Shown here: positions 1-12,690 of the stretch, piece after piece
Position numbering within the stretch: position 1 is the stretch's first letter
How the letters are laid out: the number at the start of each line of letters is the position of its first letter
NCBI RefSeq assembly: GCF_006345805.1
Contig: NC_043011.1
Location: forward strand, 30,144,464 to 30,208,463
Length of the DNA: 64,000 nt
From: Octopus sinensis
Lineage: Eukaryota
Direction: 5' to 3'
Translations under genes and position numbers: made by a program
The notes under the pieces: generated by a model
Seen by the model: the letters and a program-made list of their open reading frames with translations, nothing else
Told to the model about the DNA's origin: nothing
The model's database searches: none

Positions 1-175
1 CGGTGTTGGTGTGTTTATGTTCCCGTAACTTAGTGCTTCAGCAAAATCAACTGATAGAATAAGTACTAGATTTCAAACATAAGTCTTGGGGGTCAATTTG
101 CTAAACTAAAACCCTCCTAGGCAGTGCCCCACCATGGCCACAGTCAAATGACTGAAACAAGTAAAAGATAAAAGA
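1..175 (+). mobile_element. SINE family 1, 3' half (cut by window edge)
   Basis: Matches the 3' body and tail (..cagtcaaatgactgaaacaagtaaaaga) of the full copies at 38477-38862 and 61298-61708. Confidence 0.85.
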
Positions 176-352
176 TATACACACACACATACGCACATAT
201 ATATACACACATATATGTATACATACACACATATGTGCGTGTGTGTGTATGTGTATAGATATATTTGGTGTGTGTGTGTGTATGTATGTATGTATGTATG
301 TATGTATGTATGTATGTATGTATGTATGGATGGATGGATGGATGGATGGATA
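176..352. repeat. Compound (CA)/(TG)/(TATG)/(TGGA) microsatellite
   Basis: Read directly. Confidence 0.9.
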
Positions 353-1242
353 TATAAATGCATAATTACATGAATTCTTGCATTCATATATTTATTCAAA
401 TATATAAGAATAAAAGAATGGATACATGTGCATATGTGTGTGCATTTATGAATTATAAATATGTGAATTTCTGTATTCATATATACAAGTGCATTTCATA
501 AAATTAGAATAGCAAGGAAAATTGAATATTTTATCATTTTTATACACAGTAGATGTGGCAGCTGTGCTCCATACAGTCTGTAAAGAATCTCATTTGTAGA
601 CTGATTACTGTAGAATAACAAGTATATGAGCATGGACAAAGATGTTAATTCTACTTAACTCAAAATGTATTGTCTGTACACATTTAAGTAATACCCTTTC
701 AGCAAATGTTCTTACATAATTTTTACATTGTATGTATTTTATTCTAGGAAACACTGGTGTTGCAATCATGGGCAAGACTTCCTAGATAACTACTGCCCCC
801 ACCAAAAAAACCCACTACTCATGGACTCAGCAAAGGGAGGTAAGTACAACAGAAATTATAACTAGAAAAGCTCAGTGGTTCCAAGAATTCATTATCAAAG
901 AATCTCTTTGGGATATCATGTGGGCTAGAATGATATGGCAGAAAAAGGAGCACTAGCAAGATGAATGACTGCGGCCTTTGCATTGGAAAAGAACAAGTTT
1001 GACTGTGTGGGAGAGATCCATAAGGGTTGATAGAAGCAGGTGTTAGTGCACTAAGGACCACCATGCATAGGGAGCATCAAAACAAAGATCGCATCAGACT
1101 AGGCCCCAATACAGCACCAAACTTCTTCTCAATGGCAGGCAGTTTCACAGTCAGTTGCTTTGCTCACAGGACTAGAAGAAGAGGAGAACTTATTTGTGGT
1201 TCAAAGTGTAGTTTTCTGATATGAAGAAGTTTTGTGTAGGTG

Positions 1243-1715
<473 letters not shown>

Positions 1716-2045
1716 ACTAAAGCTGTAGAGCTTAGAGGACAGTTGGACAGGCAAAAGATCCCAGCCATTTGAAATCCAGCCTCAAATTACACAGTCAGTA
1801 ATGCCTTGTGGTTCCATGCAACTGTTGGAGTTCAATTTTACAGTCAGCATGGCAGCCTACAAAGAGATCATGGAGCCGTTCATATTTCCATCAGCCAACT
1901 GGTTCTTTGGTTATACACAGTCCCTGTTCTAAAACACCCCTGCACACAGTATCAGAACTAGCACTGCCCGGCTTACTGATCATCACACCAATGTGCTTCT
2001 TAGTCAAGTATCTCATCTGATTGGAAACTCAGAGAGAATGTACGA

Positions 2046-2511
2046 CAGTGGTTCCCAAATGTCTTGGCTCTGTGCAGGGCTGAATGTCCTGAGTGGGCTG
2101 GAAGTATGTGGAGAAGTTTGATTTGTTGGACTGTCCCAGTAGATTTACAAATATTTGAAATAGCTGAATCATGTAACAGCAAGCCAAGTTGGCTTGATTT
2201 ATATATGTGCCCCTTTGGCACTCAGGCTACATTCCAGTGCCCCCCCCACCACCACCACTCGCCGCCGCCGCCTCCACCGCCACTGCCACCGCCACCACCA
2301 CCACCACCAACATAAACCACTTCCAGCAGCAAATTCAAAACAACGATACTTCACAAATAAAACTAGACCTAATTAACCAATTATTTTGTTGCTTTTACAT
2401 CCCATTGTCCCCTTTTGGCTACTCCATTATCACCCCACTTTTCTTCAACACCTTTCTTTATCTTCCCACTGACCCCAGTTGGGGTAGTACTGTCCACTTT
2501 GGGAACCCCTG
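2046..2511. mobile_element. Possible hAT-type MITE containing a (CCA/CCG)n tract
   Basis: Inverted ends cagtggttcccaaa and tttgggaacccctg (13/14 match). The 8-bp flanks atgtacga/atcaacaa match only partly. Confidence 0.45.
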
Positions 2512-2531
2512 ATCAACAAGATATAGTTATA

Positions 2532-2769
2532 TTGTTCTGGAATGATAAAATAAAGTACAAGGTGGTGCTCCAGCATAGCCACTGTCTTATGACTGAAACA
2601 AGTAAAAAGTAAAAGATAAAAGGTACCAGTCACATACTGCAGATGTTTAAATATCTCCCCCAACACCAAAAAATAGCTGTGACCTTTATAAGTGTAGTTA
2701 GAAATATCATCATTGTCATCATTGTTTTTACTTTCTCTTTTCTATGCTAGCATGGGTGAGAAGAGTATT
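2532..2769 (+). repeat. Left arm of a ~240-bp local inverted duplication
   Basis: Near-identical reverse complement of 5726-5964, including the non-SINE middle ggtaccagtcacatactgcagatgtttaaatat. Confidence 0.9.
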
Positions 2770-2786
2770 GCTAGCATGGGGGAGGA

Positions 2787-3205
2787 AAGGCGGCGAGCTG
2801 GCAGAAACATTAGCATGCCAGGCGAAATGCTTAGCGGTATTTCATCTGCTACTATGTTCTGAGTTCAAATTCCACCGAGGTCGACTTTGCCTTTCATCCT
2901 TTCAGGGTCGATTAAATAAGTACCAGTTACGCACTGGGGTCGATATAATTGACTTAATCCGTTTGTCTGTCCTTGTTTGTCCTTGCTGTGTTTAGCCCCT
3001 TGTAGGTGGTAAAGAAATAGGTATTTCATCTGCCGTTACATTCTGAGTTCAAATTCCACTGAGGTTGACTTGGCCTTTCATCCTTCTTGGATCGATAAAT
3101 TAAGTACCAGTTATGCACTGGGGTTGACGTCATCGTCTTAATCCCTTTGTCTGTCCTTGTTTGTCCCCTCTATGTTTAGCCCCTTGTGGGCAATAAAGAA
3201 ATAAG
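2787..3205 (+). mobile_element. SINE family 2 (tRNA-like head plus Meta-like domain): one full copy and a tandem partial copy
   Basis: aaggcggcgagctggcagaa head, gagttcaaattcc B-box, and gcctttcatcctttc..gtcga..aataagtacc resembling the MetaSINE central domain (recalled). Confidence 0.85.
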
Positions 3206-3667
3206 AAAAGTATTGCATTCCAGTAATCAGAGGTAGAGCTCAAAGCTTCTGCCGAGACTTTTGTCAAATCTGTGGATCATCACCTATTGGTCTCCTCTTT
3301 ACCCCAAAGCATTTAGAAAAACACTGAAACCAAAGAAGCTGCAGCTAACTGTCATTTTACATCCTGTCAGCTCTAATTTAATGGATACGCTCTACTTTTG
3401 GCTATTCACATATTACATTCTAACATTTTGCAATTTGGATTTTAATGGTCCTTTTGTATATATAAACCATAAATGTTACCTTTTTTGCCAACAAAATATT
3501 GTGAACGTTTTAGTTTAGATTTAGTGCGTTTAACTCAAAATTGTGCTGCTTTAACTTAATTGAAGACAAATATCCAGTTTTTGCATAATTGCTCTAATTT
3601 TCTAAGATTCACCTTTTCATGTATATTTATATGAATATTAGAATATATACATATATATATATACATA

Positions 3668-3703
<36 letters not shown>

Positions 3704-5124
3704 TATATAGAGGGCATTATACATACATGCCCTCTATATATAAATAATATGTTCAATAAGAAATAATTATTTTCGAAATTTTTTCTCTTATGAGGTTTTT
3801 ACGCTATCTACCTGACAATTTCTTGTTAAGTTTTCCTTATTAAGTAGTTGTCCTTAATTGCTAAATTTTTATATATATATATATATATATATACACATAC
3901 ATACATACACCCAAATGATATACATGTATATACATAGACACACATATATGCACATACATTTGTATATACATGCATACATACATACATACATATGTATATA
4001 TACAAGTATGTATGTATACATATACATATGCAAATATTTATATATTTATAAATGGGTATATATATATATATATATATATGTATGTCTGTATGTATGTGTG
4101 TGTGTATATATATACAAAGATGTATGTATGTTTGCATGAACATATATATAAAGGCATAAACTTGAATTCATGTATTCATGCATATATTCATGTAAATTTG
4201 AGTACATAGATTGTATATTAAATAGATAGATAGACAGATAAAAGCTTGCATTATTGCATGTATACAGTTATGTATATCTATGTAAATCTGTATTTACGAA
4301 CAAAAAAGAGATCCAGTAATGTCTATAAGAGATCTAATTAATGAGAGGGAAGATAAAATAATGGCTTCATTGAAGAAGATATTGCAAGGCTTTATTAAAC
4401 AGAATAAGAGGAATATCTGAAGAATTTCTCTAAAAATTGCAATACTTGAAATGCGTCATAAAAGATAATTAGTTCTTGTACAAGGTGCCAAACAGAGTTT
4501 TATAGGATGCCAGGTTTCGTAATTCAAACTAATTAATGGTCACGTGTTTTGTATTATGTAATTTATATCGCATAATGTAGAAGTAGTAGTAGTAATGGTG
4601 GTGGTGGTGGTGGTGGTGGTGGTGGTGGTGGTGGTGGTTTCTAATGTAAAGAATAATTCCAATGGACAAGAAGCTCGTATATTGAATGGCAATCCCAAAA
4701 TCGTGTCAGTCCCTAAATATTACATCATCAACGATAATTAAATTCCTACCTTTATGAATTTATGTCACTCCCAATAGCTCGTAAGAAAAGATAAAACAAA
4801 TATTTATTAGACTATTAGTAGAACACACTTCAGTGTGGTAAAATTGTAGTACATGAATAATAAATAATGTTTATAATAAATATTTCCAATAGGATGTCAG
4901 GCAGTTGTGTTTTCTACAGTTGTAGAACATCTAATAATATTGTAAATTAACTTATGGTGTTGGGTCTATTTAAAGCTTCATAGCACAGGGAATATTTTAG
5001 GCTTTTATTTTATCATTTATTTTATCATTTATGTTTTAGATTTCCAGAAATTTGATTGTGGAACGTCCCATTTATGATCATCAACATCATCATCATCATC
5101 CTCATCATCATATAACATCTTATT

Positions 5125-5351
5125 TTAGTATTGCCCACAAGGGGCTAAACATAGAGAGGGCAAACAAGGACAGACAAAGGGATCAAGTTGATTAGATCGA
5201 CCCCAGTGCATAAGTGGTACTTAATTTATCGACCCCGAAAGGATGAAAGGCAAAGTTGACCTCGGCAGAATTTGAACTCAGAACATACTGGCAGACAAAA
5301 TACCGCTAGGAATTTTGCCCGCTGCGCTAATGTTTCTGCCAGCTCGCCGCC
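5125..5351 (-). mobile_element. SINE family 2
   Basis: Reverse complement of 2787-3020. Confidence 0.85.
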
Positions 5352-5354
5352 TTT

Positions 5355-5575
5355 TATTTAACATCTGTTTTCCAAGCTGGCATGGGTTGGACGGTCTGAC
5401 CAGAGCTGGCAAGCTGGAGCGCTGTACACCAGGTTCCAGTCTGATTTGGCATGGTTTCTATAGCTGGATGCCCTTTCTAACGCCAACCATTTTACAGTGT
5501 GTGCTGGGTGCTTTTAATGTGGCACCACCTAAGTGCTTTTATGTGGCTCCAGCACAAGTGCTTTTTACATGCTGG
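5355..5575 (-). mobile_element. SINE-like family 3 (RTE-like segments, (GAT)n tail)
   Basis: The minus strand reads tggttggcgttagaaagggcatccagc..ccaacccatgccagc, shared with 39951-40330 and 45210-45590. Confidence 0.75.
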
Positions 5576-5725
5576 TACTATGTAGTACATCAAGTACCTA
5601 GTTGCTGTGAGTGAGTATCTCAGTTATTAAAATAGATACACTGTCTCTCTGTATGTTGTAAGAGGTGACTAAAGAGCTGGCAGCAAGATATGGCACCTGG
5701 CTATAATACACAGTGTCAAAAACAA

Positions 5726-5964
5726 AATACTCTTCTCACCCATGCTAGCATAGAAAAGAGAAAGTAAAAACAAGGATGACAATGATGATACTTCTAACTA
5801 CACTTATAAAGGTCACAGCCATTTTTTGGTGTTGGGGGAAATATTTAAACATCTGCAGTATGTGACAGGTACCTTTTATCTTTTACTGTTTACTTGTTTC
5901 AGTCAAAAAACAGTGGCCATGTTGGAGCACCACCTTGCACTTTATTTTAATCATTCCAGAACAA
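5726..5964 (-). repeat. Right arm of the ~240-bp local inverted duplication
   Basis: Reverse complement of 2532-2769. Confidence 0.9.
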
Positions 5965-6379
5965 TGGGAAATAAAGTTAATCCCAGCAACATTTGAACTC
6001 AGAACAATGTAAACATACATAACTAGATACCACAAAACACTTCATTTGAAGCTCTACTGATTCCACAAATAAATAGTTATTTCTCTGTTGACTGCAAAGG
6101 TACTGAAATCAATTGTTACTGGTTTTTTACATAGGCACATCATTTCAAATCTGGGAAGATAGTATAATTAATTATACCAACTCCAGTACATAACTGGTAC
6201 TTTATTTTATTAATCTTGGATGGAAAAAAAAAACAAAAACAGTATAACTGACTACACTAGGATTTTAATTCTGAACATAAAAATCTTCAAGTAACTCATT
6301 TTGTCCCATATTCTGCCAGTGTCATGATGTCTTGCAAACAACTTGCACATGCAAGTGCTACCAGTCAAGAACTCCACAT

Positions 6380-6749
6380 ATCAGAAGCCAGCAAGTGTAT
6401 GGGGTCATTAGGAGAGAATGCGCACCATTTCAGGGCCTACCTCTCGATGGCATTAATGCCCACCGGCCCCCCACTCACTGATATGAGGCCCCGCTTGCTA
6501 GATCAACTGATTATTAAATAAAACTCACTATTTCTCTAGCCATTACTCATCGTCTCTTTTTAACCAAATCCAGTGGCTAGCCTTCTCCACTGTTGTTTTG
6601 ATATCGGTTATGGTGGTATTGACTTTACGATGAGTTAGGCCTGACGATAACAACAGTCGTCTCACACTGTGTCCAACAAACCCTCTACATCCAACTTCGA
6701 CTGGAAAATGCTCCACTTTCCAGCCTACATCTTCACATTCCTTGAGGAG
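6380..6749 (-). mobile_element. 5'-truncated HERO-type (RLE-encoding) non-LTR retrotransposon: ORF C-terminus plus 3' UTR
   Basis: 6749-6543 translates LLKECEDVGWKVEHFPVEVGCRGFVGHSVRRLLLSSGLTHRKVNTTITDIKTTVEKASHWIWLKRDDE*. PVEVGCRGF and EKASxWxWxKR are motifs I recall from the HERO-clade endonuclease C-terminus. Absent from the ORF track. Confidence 0.8.
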
Positions 6750-7256
6750 GCTGGAAATTTAGGAGCAAAACCAGTAATTTAGGAAAAAAATAGTTAGTCA
6801 GTACCATCAACTGCAGCACATGAGCTAATGTTTATTTGATCAATCTTAAACGAATAAAAAGCAAAGTTGACCTCAGAGCATAAGGAGTCAGAACAAATAC
6901 CACAACGCATTTCATCTGACACCATAATGATTCTGTGAATTCACTACGCATCTGTCAGCTAATAATAATTTTTTGTTTTTGTTTTTTGTATTTATTATAA
7001 TGATTTTTAACAACTTCTAATTAATAATAGTTTCTGATTTAGATACTTGGTCAACGACTTTGAAAGGAGGTGGTTTGTCAATGTCAGTGATTCTAACACT
7101 TCACAGATACTTTATATTATCAACCTGAAAAAGCAAAGTTGATTTTGGCAGAATTTGAATTCAGAATATAAAGAGCCACCACAAATGCCACAAAGTAATT
7201 TTACTGATGTTCAGATGTTTCTACCGGTACACTACCTTAATAAAAACTATATACAT

Positions 7257-7648
7257 ACTCTTTTACTTGTTTCAGTCATTTGACTGCGGCCATGCTGGAG
7301 CACCACCTTTTGTCGAGCAACTCGACCCCAGGACTTATTCTTTGTAAGCCTAGTACATATTCTAGTGGTCTCTTTTGCCGAACTGCTAAGTTATGGGGAC
7401 ATAAACACACCAGCATTGGTTGTCAAACGATGTTGGGGGGACACAGACGCACAAAAATATATACACGCATACATATAAATACATATATACGACGGGCTTC
7501 TTTCAGCTTCCGTCTACCAAATCCACTCACAAGGCTTTGGTTGGCCTGAGGCTATAGTAGAAGACACTTACCCAAGGTGCCACACAGGGGGACTGAACGC
7601 GGAACATGTGGTTGGTAAGCAAGCTACTTACCACACAGCCACTCCTGC
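7257..7648 (-). mobile_element. SINE family 1, full length
   Basis: Reverse complement of 38477-38862. Confidence 0.9.
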
Positions 7649-8261
7649 TATATACATAATGAAAATTTTTTGAGTAGATTTGAAAACAGGATGTAACGTG
7701 CTAAAACAAACATCACATATTTTTTTCCAGAGGTGCTAATGATTCTACTAACTCACCACCTTAATAAAAAAAAAAAACACATATGCTTAATGAGAATGTT
7801 TTTGCGGAAATTTTATGCATCCTGAATGTTTTTAAATCTTGATTTAAAGATTTAATTAAATTGCTTTTTATTGCCATGTGTTGGTGCTTAAAATAAATAT
7901 AAAATTGCACATCTGTATTTTTTTAAGGCTGATTATTATATATTTTTGACAATTTATTATCATACAACATAAATTATAGGGTGTTGAAAAACTACTGACA
8001 TTTTATTGCAAACATACCAAATCACATGTTACCTCTGTCATAGTAACTGTTGTGCAGGGAAGATGTTCATTTCATAAACCCATGATTGCAGGTTCAATTC
8101 TACTGAGCAGCAATTGGATGAGTATAAAATTTGGTCCCAGGGTTTGCATTGTAAGGTTTGAAACAGTTTAAAAACCCTTTAATATCAAAAGCAAGAGACT
8201 GTCTCTAGCTCTATGACATAACCTTGTTTTAGGATCATCTAAATTTGACATAAAAATTTTC

Positions 8262-8652
8262 AGGAGTGGCTGCGTGGTAAGTAGCTTGTTTACCAACCAC
8301 ATGGTTTGGGTTCAGTCCCACTGAGTGGCACCTTGAGCAAGTGTCTTTTACTATAGCCTTGGGCCGACCAAAGCCTTGTTAGTGGATTTGGTTGACAGAA
8401 ACTGAAAGAAGCCTATTGTATATATCTATACATATGTATGTGCGTGTATACATTTCTGTGTGTGTCCCCCACACATGAAAACCAATGCTGGTGTATTTAC
8501 ATACCAGTAACTTAGTGGTTCAGCAAAAGAGAGCACTAAAATAAGTACTAGGCTTACAAAGAATAAGTCCTGGGGTCGATTTGCTCAACTAAAGGTGGTG
8601 CTCCAGTATGGCCACAGTTACAATGACTGAAACAAGTAAAAGAACAAAAGAA
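8262..8652 (+). mobile_element. SINE family 1, full length
   Basis: Runs from the caggagtggctgcgtggtaagtagc head to the tgactgaaacaagtaaaaga tail. Confidence 0.9.
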
Positions 8653-8892
8653 TACTAATTTATGTTTGCAATATGAGATTAATAATATAAAAAGTTATTT
8701 TATCAAATTTTCCATTATTTCTCTTTTATTATATTTCACTTGTTTTTATCATTGGACTGGGCCCATACTGGGCCAATCTCAGCTGCTGCAATTGAAAGCT
8801 GTAACTGAGATGGGAGGGTCAATATGCATAATGTACTATTTATGTGAAAAAATCAAATCATGTTTCTTTTGTGGTTTAGTGTATGTTTGTGT

Positions 8893-8924
<32 letters not shown>

Positions 8925-8928
<4 letters not shown>

Positions 8929-9100
8929 GAAAACAAAAAAATGGAACAAGAACGTAACAGGCAACAACAAAACATCTGGACAGTTAGATGATACAAAAAA
9001 AGGACAGGAAAAAACAAGGACAGGTCATTCAGCGCATCCTACCCTCAGTCGAGTACCAGATTATCTTAGCAGTTTCAGTCCGGTTACACTTGAGACTGCT
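8925..9100 (-). mobile_element. Microsatellite-embedded non-coding element, related to 11840-12175 and 39780-39938
   Basis: Shares tctcaag..gaaa..gactgag..gtcc and the gttcttgt(t/c)ccat end. Flanked by (TG)n and (TACA)n. Confidence 0.65.
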
Positions 9101-9809
9101 ATATACATACATACATACATACATACATACATACATTCATATATGCATATATATATATATATACAACACATACATACATATGCGCATGCACATACACACA
9201 CGCACACATATAATGTAACTGTTTGAGTTATTTGCAATGAGAAACAGTACTTTATATTTCTTTAAATACATCAATGACTCACAACAGTTGAATCTAAAGC
9301 TAAGGTTATCAACTGACCATTTCAGATTACTTACAATATGCAGCCGGTTCTAAAATTCCCTGAGAGGATTCATAAAGTGCCAATGTTTAGAAACCAATTT
9401 TATTTGAATGAATATAAATATTTATTAACTTATTAATGGTCTGATATTTTACAAACTCTTAAGTGTCATCAAAATACAGATTGCCTTATTGACAAAAGTA
9501 TCACAAGAATATATAATCTCGCCTGGTTGTAACAAGAGGAAGGCATTACTCAATTATCTTAGTTATAAATGAATTAGAATAGGCTTCAGTTTTCAATGTT
9601 AAAGTTTATTTCTTGAGTTGTTGTTTAGCCCTAGGCCAGGTTTAAATGAGTAGGTGCATGATCAAGAATATTCCAGCTATGACCATTCAATCTACCTCTG
9701 TTGAGCATTGGATATTTAAAACTAACTTATTTGATAGCATACAGGACACTATTTTTCTCAAAAAAGTGAAAAAAAAAATCTCCAAACATCATCCTGGTCC
9801 TATATGTCT

Positions 9810-9992
9810 GACAACTGATGCTGGTGTGTTTACGTCTCCATAACTTAGCAGTTCGGCAAAAGAGACCAATAGAATAAGTACTAGGCTTACAAAGAATAAG
9901 TCCTGGGGTCGATTTGCTGAACTAAAGGTGGTGCTCAAGCATGGCCACAGTCACATGACTGAAACAAGTAAAAGAGTAAAGAGTAAAAGAGT
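9810..9992 (+). mobile_element. SINE family 1, 3' half
   Basis: Family body and tail. Confidence 0.85.
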
Positions 9993-10329
9993 ACAGCATT
10001 TTTACAATTAAATATTATTAGGAATTGTATAAAAATAATTATTAAAATATTTTGTGCATTGTAGATAACCAACTTATTGAAGATAAATTTTTAACAACAA
10101 AATTTTATATGGATGCCCCACCCACCTAACAAGGGCCATATAGGCCCCAGTTGAGAACCACTGAACTATAGCTATGCTGGGGCACCTTCATGCTAATTTC
10201 TTATTCTTTCCTTTTATTCTTTTATTTGTTTCAGTCATTTGACTGCAGCCATGCTGGAGCACTGCCTTTAGTTGAAGAAATTGACCCCAGGACTTATTCT
10301 TTGTAAGCCTAGTACTTATTCTATCAGTT

Positions 10330-10351
10330 CACAAAGCCATGCCTGTGCCTG

Positions 10352-10417
<66 letters not shown>

Positions 10418-10439
10418 CAGGCACAGGCATGGCTTTGTG
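10330..10439. repeat. Perfect 24-bp inverted repeat enclosing (TA)n
   Basis: cacaaagccatgcctgtgcctgta-(TA)n-tacaggcacaggcatggctttgtg. Confidence 0.9.
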
Positions 10440-10440
10440 G

Positions 10441-10815
10441 AGGCCAGGTGTGGCTGTGTGGTAAGAAGCTTGCTTCTCAATCACATGGTTCTGGGTTCAG
10501 TCCGACTATGTGGTACCTCGGGCAAGTTTCTTCTACAATAAACTCAGGCCAACCAAAGCTTTGTGAATGGATTTGGGAGAGGTAAAATGTAAGAAGCCTG
10601 TTGCATGTGCGTCTGTGTTTGTACCCCATCACTGCTTGACAACCAGTGTCAAGGTGTTCATGTCAACGTAATTTAACAGCTCAACAAAGAGACTAAGAGA
10701 ATAAGTACTAGGCTTAAAAAATAAGTCCTGGAGTCGAATTGCTTGACAAAGACACTTCAAGGCAGTGCCCCAGCATGGCTGCACTCAAATGACAAACAAG
10801 TAAAAGATAAAAGAA
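10441..10815 (+). mobile_element. SINE family 1
   Basis: Head, CORE-like segment and tail present. Confidence 0.85.
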
Positions 10816-11328
10816 TATGTATGAGTGTGATCGTTCCCAGAGCAGCTATCTGGTTCGCCAGTCCTCAGTCAAATCGTCCAACCCATGCTAGCATGGAAAT
10901 CAGACATTAAACGATGATGACGATGATGATGATGATATATACAGTAGCTTATTATAAAAGTGTTTCATTCCTAGTTATTCAGCTCCTATACCTTTATATT
11001 ATTTGCTTCTGTTTGATATTTGTAACGTACATTTGAGGTTTATTACTTACAATGTTTTATAAGTCTAATGGAATTTTTTGCATAATTTGATTAAAGTAAT
11101 TTCACACAAATCTCATCTGACAAAACTAAAACAATATGTATTGCCAAGATCCACATTCACAACTGTGTAAAATTATTTTTATCAAATTAATCGAAAAATT
11201 CCATTAGAATTGTAAAATCATAATATATAATAAAATTCCAAAAATATGTGATGGAATAAAACAAGAAAAACTAAATGTTATAAAGTTATTGTTGAAAATA
11301 TAAAGATAAAACATTCTATATTAATCCA

Positions 11329-11359
<31 letters not shown>

Positions 11360-11362
<3 letters not shown>

Positions 11363-11535
11363 TCATCATCATCATCATCATCATCGTTTAACGTCCGCTT
11401 TCCATGCTAGCATGGGTTGGACAGTTCAACTGGGGTCTGGGGAGCCCGAAGGCTGCACCAGGCCAGTCAGATCTGGCAGTGTTTCTACAGCTGGATGCCC
11501 TTCCTAACGCCAACCACTCTGAGAGTGTGTAGTGG
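11360..11535 (-). mobile_element. SINE-like family 3, 3' part
   Basis: (CAT)n followed by cgtttaacgtccgctttccatgctagcatgggttggac. Confidence 0.8.
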
Positions 11536-11547
11536 GGATTTTATTTA

Positions 11548-11595
<48 letters not shown>

Positions 11596-11697
11596 TATAT
11601 ATTTATATATTATTATATATTATAAACTTAAACTTAGATAAACTTAGATGTGTTTCGACCAATGATTGGTCCAGGCCATGTCTACTTAATAGCACAC

Positions 11698-11789
<92 letters not shown>

Positions 11790-11839
11790 ATATATTATAT
11801 TTATATATATATATATATATATCTATATATATATATATT

Positions 11840-12175
11840 TTCACGTTAATGCTTCTGTATTTCATGTTTCTGTATTCCATTATTGTTTTTTGCTTTTTTT
11901 ATATTCGTCCCTTTGCTGTCCCGGTGTTCGTATGCATTCGATCCTTCTTCCAGGAAATCTACGCTCCCAGCTTAGTTTTTCTAATGCTCGTTGCTTAGTT
12001 TTTCTTGGAGGGCTGGCCGTGATCTAGTAATCTCAAGATTAATCAGCCGAAATTACTACAATGATCCGGTTCTTGACTGAAGACTGAGGGTTTCGAATGT
12101 CCTGTCCGTGTTTATTGTATCGTCTTCTAAGAGTTATACGTTCTTGTCCATGTTGTATTTTTCTACATACCTTAA
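11840..12175 (+). mobile_element. (TA)n-embedded non-coding element with HHR-like words in permuted order
   Basis: tcagcc GAAA ttactacaatga TC cggttcttga CTGAAGA ctga. CpG-rich relative to the flanks, with (TA)n on both sides. Confidence 0.6.
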
Positions 12176-12188
12176 TATATATATATAT

Positions 12189-12652
12189 AGCGCGCCGGAA
12201 CCAAGACATTTGAAATTTTATTCCCGTTGTAATCAGTAAGACTAAGCACGTGTCTGTCTTGACACAGAGAGCTGGGGTTAGTCTTGCGGTTTGCATCTCG
12301 AGGACCGAATGTACTGAAGAAGTCACGGACACTTGAATTATGCAAGTAATTCTTTTGTTAAGACCGAAACCGAGGTATGCATTTAAGTCTGTTTTTTATT
12401 TAATTTTTCATATGTCCTACCCGCCAAATTTTGTTCTGGTGTTCGCTGAATTCTTCCTCTAGAGAATTTCCCTTGTAGTTTGATCGTTGATGATCTATTT
12501 CTAGCATTCTGGCCGGCTACCTAGCAGGCCAGCCCTGCCAATATACACATATATTTGAATTTTCTCTGACTCCTCAGATTTTTTGAATGCTGGACTACTG
12601 GTTTTAAATTGATATTAAAATTAATATTAATTTATCTCCCTCAATTTTTAAA
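12189..12652 (+). mobile_element. (TA)n-embedded retrozyme/Penelope-like element, diverged relative of 16384-17171
   Basis: Shares gcgcc..agacatttgaaat and atgct.gac.actggtt.taa.ttgata with 16384-17171, and contains an HHR. Confidence 0.75.
12307..12384 (+). ncRNA. Type I hammerhead ribozyme
   Basis: Stem I GAAUGUA/UGCAUUU; core CUGAAGA (12314-12320); stem II GUC/GAC with inner ACUUG/CAAGU; GAAA (12366-12369); stem III ACC-GA-GGU; cleavage triplet GUA (12375-12377). Confidence 0.75.
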
Positions 12653-12690
12653 TATATATATTATATTATATATATATATATATATATATA

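Noticed and set aside
760-1225. Possible decayed RTE LINE 3' region
   Set aside because: Resemblance too weak to support by eye.
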